Below are positions 16,126 to 22,200 of a DNA stretch of 22,200 nt, piece by piece (position 1 is the first letter of the stretch; each line of letters begins with the position of its first letter). Both the position numbers and the translations under genes were made by a program. The notes below the pieces were generated by a model. The model ran no database searches. It was not told the DNA's origin and saw only the letters and a program-made list of their open reading frames with translations. Source of the DNA: Candidatus Scalinduaceae bacterium (lineage in GTDB: Bacteria > Planctomycetota > Brocadiia > Brocadiales > Scalinduaceae); the NCBI GenBank assembly GCA_046759445.1, contig JBHICG010000059.1, positions 1 to 22,200 of the forward strand, in the 5' to 3' direction.

Positions 16126-18777
16126 TTGAAGTTAGGAATACGAACAAAGATAATCACATTGTTTTTAATAACGGGCATAGTTCCTTTTGCCGTAACTGGA
16201 ATTCTTATACACAGGGCGGCAAGCACGTCATTAAAGAAACAAGCTTTTGACCAACTGGTTTCCATAAGGGAAATGAAAAAGAAGCAGATAGAGAATTATT
16301 TCTCTACCATCAGAAAGCAGATACATACCCTTTCAGAAGATAAGATGATTGTTGATGCAATGAAGGGCTTCAAAGACGCCCTTAAGGATTTCCGAAAGGA
16401 AAATGATATATCTGATTCTCAGTTAGAAGAATATCGTTCAGCCTTAAAGACTTACTATGCGGGGGATTTTACAGAAGAATACAAACGACGAAATAATGGG
16501 CGAATACCTGATGTAGAGAGTTATTTTAATCAGCTTGATGACGATTCAATAGCGCTACAATATTTCTATATAAAAGCAAATCATAATAGATTGGGCGAGA
16601 AACACAGACTGGATTTTGCAGATGATAAGTCTACTTACAGCAAGCTCCACGCAAAATATCATCTCATTATCAGGGATTATCTGGAACATTTCGGATATTA
16701 TGACATCTTTCTTGTAGACCCGGACAGTGGAGATATTGTCTATACAGTTTTCAAGGAGTTAGACTTCACTACCTCTCTGAAGGATGGACCTTATGCCGGG
16801 AGCAATTTTGGAAGAGTCTTCAGGGAAGCAAATAATAGTGACGAACCACACTATGTAAAACTGGTGGATTTTGAACCATATCCGCCATCATACGAGGATG
16901 CAGCCAGTTTTATAGCGTCACCTATATTTGACGGTTCTGAAAAGGTAGGAGTTCTGCTATTTCAGATGCCGATTGACAGGATTAATCTGGTCATGACCAA
17001 CAATAACGATTGGAAGAGTGTGGGTTTGGGTGAATCTGGAGAGACGTATCTTATCGGCAATGATTTTACTATGAGGAACCAATCACGTTCCCTTATAGAA
17101 GATAAAGAAAGTTATTTTACACAGGTGAAGATGTTGGGTATGAATCAGGAGTTGTTAGATACTATTAAGGCAAAGGATAGTACCATACTTTTGCAAAAGG
17201 TAGAGACCAAAGGGACAAGGGCAGCCATTTCAGGCGAGACCAATGTAGAGATTTTTCCAGATTATCGAGACGTTCCTGTTCTTAGTGCTTATGCGCCACT
17301 GGATATTGAAGACGTAAAATGGGCTATCATGTCGGAGATAGACGAACAAGAGGCGCTCAGCCCAGTTATTACATTAACAAATCAGGTATTTAAAATCGTG
17401 GCGGTTACGGCTGTTATAGTTATAGCGACAATTACAGTCTTTCTTTCCGCAAGGATAACAAGACCCATTCGAAAACTTGTAGAAGGGACAAGAAGGATAG
17501 CAAAGGGTGATCTTGCATTTAGTATTGAGACAAAGGCGAGAGATGAAATTGGGTACCTTGCCACGTCTTTTAATGATATGGCAGCCCAATTAGGAGAATC
17601 AAAGAAACGGTTACAGGATTATACGCTTAATCTGGAGAAAAAGGTTGAAGATAAAACAAGTGAATTAAGAAAGGAGAAAGAATATACAGAAAGTTTGATA
17701 GAAACGGCACAAGATGCTATTATTTGTATTGATGAAGATGGAGTAATTAGTGTCTGGAATAAATTAGCAGAAAATATCTTTGGGTATTCGAAAGGTGAAA
17801 TCATAGGCAAACCGATAACAACCATTATTCCTGAAAGATATAGGAAACAACACCAAGGAGGGCTAAAGCGATTTTTAAAGTCGGGTGAATCCAAAATTAT
17901 TGGTAAAACAGTAGAAGTTTCGGGAAAGACAAAAGAAGGGGTTATAATCCCGATAGAATTATCTTTATCATTCCAAAGAACAAAAGATGAACAGTACTCG
18001 TTTACAGCAATTATCAGGGATATAACCTTTAAAAAAGAGGCAGAAAGAAAATTGATTGAAAAGGCAAAAGAATTAGAAAGGGCAAACAGGGAATTGGAAG
18101 ATTTTATTTATATCGTCTCGCATGATTTAAAAGAACCATTGTTTGCAATTGAAGGTTATATGTCAAGATTATCCAGGGCTTATAAAAATGCGTTTGATGA
18201 TAAAGGAAAGCTCTATATAAACAGGATCAAGGTGAATATAAAAAATATGTCTCAGAAGATTTATGAAATTATGGAAGTCGTAAAGGTTGGGAGGGTTATA
18301 TATAATTTTGAAAATAATGATATTGAGGTTATTATTAAGGATGTGGTAAATTCATTGGAAGGCAGGGTAAAGAAAAACAAAATTAATGTCTTAATCGAGG
18401 ATAATTTACCTACTGTATTTTGCGATAGAGAAAGGTTAAAAGATGTATTTTCCAATCTAGTTACTAATGCGATTAAGTTTATGGGTAAGGATGGTAAAAG
18501 GCATATTAAGGTTGGATGTGATAAAGATGGAGATTGCTATAGATTCTTTGTTGAAGATACAGGTATTGGTATCCCGGCGAAATACCAGGAGCGAATTTTT
18601 AAGATATTCAGGAGGCTTAATGACATAGAGACAGAAGGGACTGGTGTTGGATTAGCTATAGTAAAGAAGATTGTTGAGTTACATGATGGGAAAATATGGG
18701 TGGAAAGCCCTGTTAATGAGGGAAAAGGATCGAGATTTTGTTTTACGTTACCGGCAATGAAGGAAAGTTGTGACTAG
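16126..18777 (+). CDS. sensor histidine kinase 2 (TM-large Cache-like-TM-HAMP-PAS-HisKA-HATPase)
   Basis: Periplasmic domain with YYDIFLVD...VFKELDF, GETYLIG and DYRDVPVLSAYAP motifs seen in MCP-type Cache sensors; HAMP, PAS (AIIRDIT), SHDLKEPL, N and G boxes. Confidence 0.95.
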   Translation: MKLGIRTKIITLFLITGIVPFAVTGILIHRAASTSLKKQAFDQLVSIREMKKKQIENYFSTIRKQIHTLSEDKMIVDAMKGFKDALKDFRKENDISDSQLEEYRSALKTYYAGDFTEEYKRRNNGRIPDVESYFNQLDDDSIALQYFYIKANHNRLGEKHRLDFADDKSTYSKLHAKYHLIIRDYLEHFGYYDIFLVDPDSGDIVYTVFKELDFTTSLKDGPYAGSNFGRVFREANNSDEPHYVKLVDFEPYPPSYEDAASFIASPIFDGSEKVGVLLFQMPIDRINLVMTNNNDWKSVGLGESGETYLIGNDFTMRNQSRSLIEDKESYFTQVKMLGMNQELLDTIKAKDSTILLQKVETKGTRAAISGETNVEIFPDYRDVPVLSAYAPLDIEDVKWAIMSEIDEQEALSPVITLTNQVFKIVAVTAVIVIATITVFLSARITRPIRKLVEGTRRIAKGDLAFSIETKARDEIGYLATSFNDMAAQLGESKKRLQDYTLNLEKKVEDKTSELRKEKEYTESLIETAQDAIICIDEDGVISVWNKLAENIFGYSKGEIIGKPITTIIPERYRKQHQGGLKRFLKSGESKIIGKTVEVSGKTKEGVIIPIELSLSFQRTKDEQYSFTAIIRDITFKKEAERKLIEKAKELERANRELEDFIYIVSHDLKEPLFAIEGYMSRLSRAYKNAFDDKGKLYINRIKVNIKNMSQKIYEIMEVVKVGRVIYNFENNDIEVIIKDVVNSLEGRVKKNKINVLIEDNLPTVFCDRERLKDVFSNLVTNAIKFMGKDGKRHIKVGCDKDGDCYRFFVEDTGIGIPAKYQERIFKIFRRLNDIETEGTGVGLAIVKKIVELHDGKIWVESPVNEGKGSRFCFTLPAMKESCD

Positions 18778-18870
18778 AAAACCACAAGATTAAGCTATTT
18801 ATTGACATCGGTACTTTTCTACCTTGATTAAAAACTTGTTCGTTGAAACTAATGAAAATAGAAAGGGAAA

Positions 18871-19314
18871 ATGCTTATGAGAGAAATAAAGATTTTACTT
18901 ATAGAAGACGATTCAGATCATGCTGAGATAATTACTGAAGTACTGGCAGAAAACGGTATTGATAAAGAAATAATCTTGGTAAGAGATGGACAGCAAGCGC
19001 TTGATTTTTTTAAAGGAATAGGCATAGATGGCATAGGGGAAACTCAATCTAATATTGATTTAATTATTTTAGATCTTAAATTGCCTAAAATTGATGGGAT
19101 GGATGTTCTTAAATTTCTAAAGAAGAATACAAAGTATTGCTCAATTCCTGTAGTTATCTTGTCAACAAGTTCTGAAGTGAGAACTATTGTTGAAGGATAT
19201 AAGAATGGAGTAAACAGTTTTATAACCAAACCTATTTCCTATGAAGGATTTGTCGGAAAAATAAAAACCTTGAAGGAATACTGGTTGCAAACATGTGTGT
19301 TGCCAGTGCAATAA
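18871..19314 (+). CDS. single-domain response regulator 2 (Rcp1-like)
   Basis: ILLIEDD, LIILDLKLPKIDG, IPVVILST, NSFITKP; clear paralogue of response regulator 1. Confidence 0.93.
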   Translation: MLMREIKILLIEDDSDHAEIITEVLAENGIDKEIILVRDGQQALDFFKGIGIDGIGETQSNIDLIILDLKLPKIDGMDVLKFLKKNTKYCSIPVVILSTSSEVRTIVEGYKNGVNSFITKPISYEGFVGKIKTLKEYWLQTCVLPVQ

Positions 19315-19562
19315 TTAGTATCTATTGCGAAAAGCTTAAATATCCAAAAATGTCATTAGCAATTCCGCAACATCAGAATTGCTTAGGTGATTCTACCCGC
19401 TGAGTAGAATCACACCTGAACCAGGTCATGAATTAAATTCAGGATCTCTGATTTCAGAATCTATATGTATTAAGATGTTAAGAGACCCTGAAACGATACT
19501 GAAACAGGTTTAGCACAGGATTCAGGGTGATAATATAGTATTTCCACAACAAATACTAATTA
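19312..19562. mobile_element. nested palindromic REP/MITE-like element, copy B
   Basis: Imperfect outer IR taattagtatctattgcgaaaa / tttccacaacaaatactaatta (18/22). 84-bp core 19350-19433. Right part ccctgaa...ttcaggg with an inner hairpin. Confidence 0.7.
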
Positions 19563-19627
19563 ACTCAAATAGGATGCCTGAATAATAGTGCCCCAATACA
19601 ACTAATTGACTTATTAGGGTTTTTGTA

Positions 19628-21559
19628 ATGAGAATAAGACCTTTAAGAGTATTAATTGCTGATGATAATAAGGATCATCAATGTCTTATAAAGGAGTCTA
19701 TAAAAGGTTCTATACAGGACATAGATATAGGATTTGCTGATACAGGTAAAGATTGTATGCATAAACTGTTTAATGAAACTTTTGATTTGTTAATTGTTGA
19801 TTTTAGTCTTTCCGATATGGATGGTTTAGGGGTGTTAAGAAATGTAAATCAAAAAAAATGCGATATTCCAATAATAATGGTAACTGCATTTGGTAACGAA
19901 AATGTTGCGGTGGAAGCTATGAAGCTTGGAGCTTATGATTATATGGTAAAATCTAAAGGCTATTTAAGAAAATTACCTGCGACTATACTTAAAGTAGTCA
20001 GAGAATATAGACTAAGGAATGAAAAGAAGGAGATAGAGGATAAATTAGTTAAGTCTGAGTTGAGATATAGGACTTTGGTCGAACATATTATTGACGTAGT
20101 TTTTGCGGCCGATAAAGATTTGCAAATTCTTTCAATTAACTCCACATGCCAGAGGGTCTTTGAATGTTCAATAGAAGATGCAAAGAAGCTTGGTATTTAT
20201 AAACTGATTTATGAAGAGGATAGAAAGAGAGTCGTTGATTTCTTTAAGAGATCGTTTTTAAACAAGAAAGAATTTATAGAATGCCTTGAGTTCAGGATAA
20301 AGACGGGAAAGGGTAATATCAAACATATTGAATTGAATGCAAGAGCAAATTATGATGAAAACGGTGAGTTAACACAAATTGAAGGTGTTATAAGGGATAT
20401 TACAGAACGAAAAAGGTTTGAACAGAAAATGTTTCAAATAGACAAATTAAATGCATTAGGATTGCAATCGAGTGGCATAGCTCATGAGTTTAATAATATA
20501 TTGGGGATAATTCTTGGATACATAGACATTTTAAAATTGAGGTTTGAGGGCACTAATCTACAGGTTTCGGATGTGATAAATGTAATTGAAAAAGCGGCGA
20601 GGGATGGAGCATCAATTGTAGATAAGATTCAGCAATTCTCAAAGACAAAGCCAAAAGGTTCAGATATAATATGCTCTGACTTAATTAAAGTTGTTGATGA
20701 AGCGATAGAATTTACGATGCCCCGGTGGAAGAGTGAAGCTCAAACTAGAGGTGTTGAATATAAGATTATCAATAATAACCTGAACGGCCAGAGACTGTAT
20801 GTAAGATGTAATCCTTCAGAATTAAGGGAGGTTATGGTAAACATTATTAATAATAGCCTTGATGCAACGCCAAATGGAGGAAAGATTGAGTTTAGTGCAA
20901 AGTCAGATGCTGAAAGTGTTGTTCTTTCTATTTCAGACAATGGAATTGGAATAAGGGACGAGATAAAAGATAAGATTTTTGATCCATTTTTCTCAACAAA
21001 GGGAGTAAAAAGATCAGGGCTTGGTATGAGTGTGGCATATAGTATAATAACAAGGTATGGTGGTGAGATTGACGTTGATAGTGGTTGTGGTGAAGGCACT
21101 ACGGTACATATAAAAATGAATTCTTATTCATCGGACATAACAAAATATGAAAAGAAAGAGGAATTAACTACAAATTATAAAGCGAAAATACTAGTAATTG
21201 AAGATGAAGAAGTAATCCTTGAAATGATGAAGATTATTCTTGAAAAAAGAGGTCATGAAGTATTTATTGCAAAAGACGCAAATGATGGTTTAAGTATGTA
21301 CGAGAATAATAAATATGATATTGTATTGTGTGACCTGGCAATGCCAAAAGTAAATGGTTGGAAGGTTGCCAGATATATAAAAGACCTTGACGCTGTTAGG
21401 AAAACGACAAAAACCCCTGTAATATTGATTACGGGTTACGAATTAGATACAGGCAATATTGACTATAAAAGAGAAGGAGTTGATTTTATCCTTAAAAAAC
21501 CTTTAGAGTTTGGATTGTTAAATAAAATGATTAATAGCTTTATTGTAGAAAAACAGTAA
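19628..21559 (+). CDS. cytoplasmic hybrid histidine kinase (REC-PAS-HisKA-HATPase-REC)
   Basis: N-terminal REC (VLIADD, LLIVDF, AMKLGAYDYMVK), PAS (VIRDITE), H-box GIAHEFNN, DNGIGI, IFDPFFSTK, C-terminal REC (ILVIEDE, VLCDLAMP, KKP). Confidence 0.95.
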   Translation: MRIRPLRVLIADDNKDHQCLIKESIKGSIQDIDIGFADTGKDCMHKLFNETFDLLIVDFSLSDMDGLGVLRNVNQKKCDIPIIMVTAFGNENVAVEAMKLGAYDYMVKSKGYLRKLPATILKVVREYRLRNEKKEIEDKLVKSELRYRTLVEHIIDVVFAADKDLQILSINSTCQRVFECSIEDAKKLGIYKLIYEEDRKRVVDFFKRSFLNKKEFIECLEFRIKTGKGNIKHIELNARANYDENGELTQIEGVIRDITERKRFEQKMFQIDKLNALGLQSSGIAHEFNNILGIILGYIDILKLRFEGTNLQVSDVINVIEKAARDGASIVDKIQQFSKTKPKGSDIICSDLIKVVDEAIEFTMPRWKSEAQTRGVEYKIINNNLNGQRLYVRCNPSELREVMVNIINNSLDATPNGGKIEFSAKSDAESVVLSISDNGIGIRDEIKDKIFDPFFSTKGVKRSGLGMSVAYSIITRYGGEIDVDSGCGEGTTVHIKMNSYSSDITKYEKKEELTTNYKAKILVIEDEEVILEMMKIILEKRGHEVFIAKDANDGLSMYENNKYDIVLCDLAMPKVNGWKVARYIKDLDAVRKTTKTPVILITGYELDTGNIDYKREGVDFILKKPLEFGLLNKMINSFIVEKQ

Positions 21560-21733
21560 AAATATTTTTATTTCCAATCTCACAAATAAAATTATTGCAG
21601 CCTTGAGTGTTGCGCAAACTTTTCCTTTAACCGGCAAATTTTTCTTATACCTGAATGTGTTGAAACCCTGCTGAACATGTGTAAGTGATAATTCAACCTT
21701 AAATTAGTTGCAATTATAAATAAGTAATTTGTA

Positions 21734-21748
21734 TGGTACTTTTTTTGC
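21734..21748 (+). promoter_or_regulatory. putative sigma54 (-24/-12) promoter
   Basis: TGGTAC-TTTTT-TTGC matches TGGCAC-N5-TTGC with exact spacing and one mismatch. Confidence 0.6.
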
Positions 21749-21765
21749 GTTTTAATTGTCCGATT

Positions 21766-22200
21766 ATGGATATTTCAAAGATCAATAATTCTAAAATTTT
21801 TACAGAGGCATTCTCAAAAGGTATTGATAAATATTATACTCCAAACCTTAAATCCTTCAGCAATGCAGAGTCACAGTCTTTTGGTAAGATTCTTGATAAA
21901 AAATTGATTACCATAAACGGACTTAAGTCTCAAAGATTAAATACAAGTACATTCATGCCCAAACGCAATATATCAGTACCTAAAGACATGAATGTGACAA
22001 GGCATCTCCCTGATATGCGTATGCAAAACGCAAATTATATAAAGTTACCAAAGTCTTCTGTTTTACGGCAATATACGGTTTACAAGGAGGATCAATTATT
22101 ATCAAATCCAGGCGGTGACAATTTCTTTTTAAATAAGTCATCTGGCGTAATTGATAATAATTATGACCATAGCAGGTTTTCGAAACGAATTGGAAAAGAT
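21766..22200 (+). CDS. hypothetical protein, 5' part (runs off the window)
   Basis: 145 stop-free codons from ATG 21766: MDISKINNSKIFTEAFSKG...YKEDQLLSNPGGDNFFLN...FSKRIGKD. Not in the ORF track because it has no stop within the window. Start uncertain. Confidence 0.75.
   Translation, partial: MDISKINNSKIFTEAFSKGIDKYYTPNLKSFSNAESQSFGKILDKKLITINGLKSQRLNTSTFMPKRNISVPKDMNVTRHLPDMRMQNANYIKLPKSSVLRQYTVYKEDQLLSNPGGDNFFLNKSSGVIDNNYDHSRFSKRIGKD

Noticed and set aside
20990..21035. Atypical G2 box (TKGVKRSGLGMS) suggesting a dead hybrid kinase
   Set aside because: GLG core, H-box, N-box and G1/F boxes are retained, so this is within normal variation.
13451..21099. Minus-strand ORFs inside the kinases and regulators, including the similar pair 14384-14650 and 18261-18455
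   Set aside because: Antisense shadows; their similarity follows from the duplicated kinase DNA.

Overview
AT-rich bacterial chromosomal window. Gene content and repeat style suggest an anammox-type planctomycete (Ca. Brocadiales), but this is inference only. The left half (minus strand) holds a TIGR03546/AsmA-like membrane protein, a sodium:solute symporter, an ExbB-ExbD-TPR-VWA operon, an HU/IHF gene, an internally deleted M20 peptidase pseudogene, a small ORF and a truncated tRNA-Pro(TGG). The right half (plus strand) is a signalling cluster: a secreted DUF3365 c-type heme protein, two tandem Cache-HAMP-PAS histidine kinase + single-domain receiver pairs, a REC-PAS-HK-REC hybrid, and a partial ORF behind a sigma54-like promoter. 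Four observations stand out. (1) The VWA protein carries a TonB/TolA-like S-x3-H-x6-L membrane anchor, suggesting an ExbBD-powered system that drives a VWA domain. (2) Nested palindromic elements are abundant, and one sits in frame inside the HATPase domain of kinase 1. (3) The two kinase ATPase regions are almost identical at DNA level on both sides of that insertion. (4) A two-copy intergenic element shows a compensatory base change and a flipped hairpin module.
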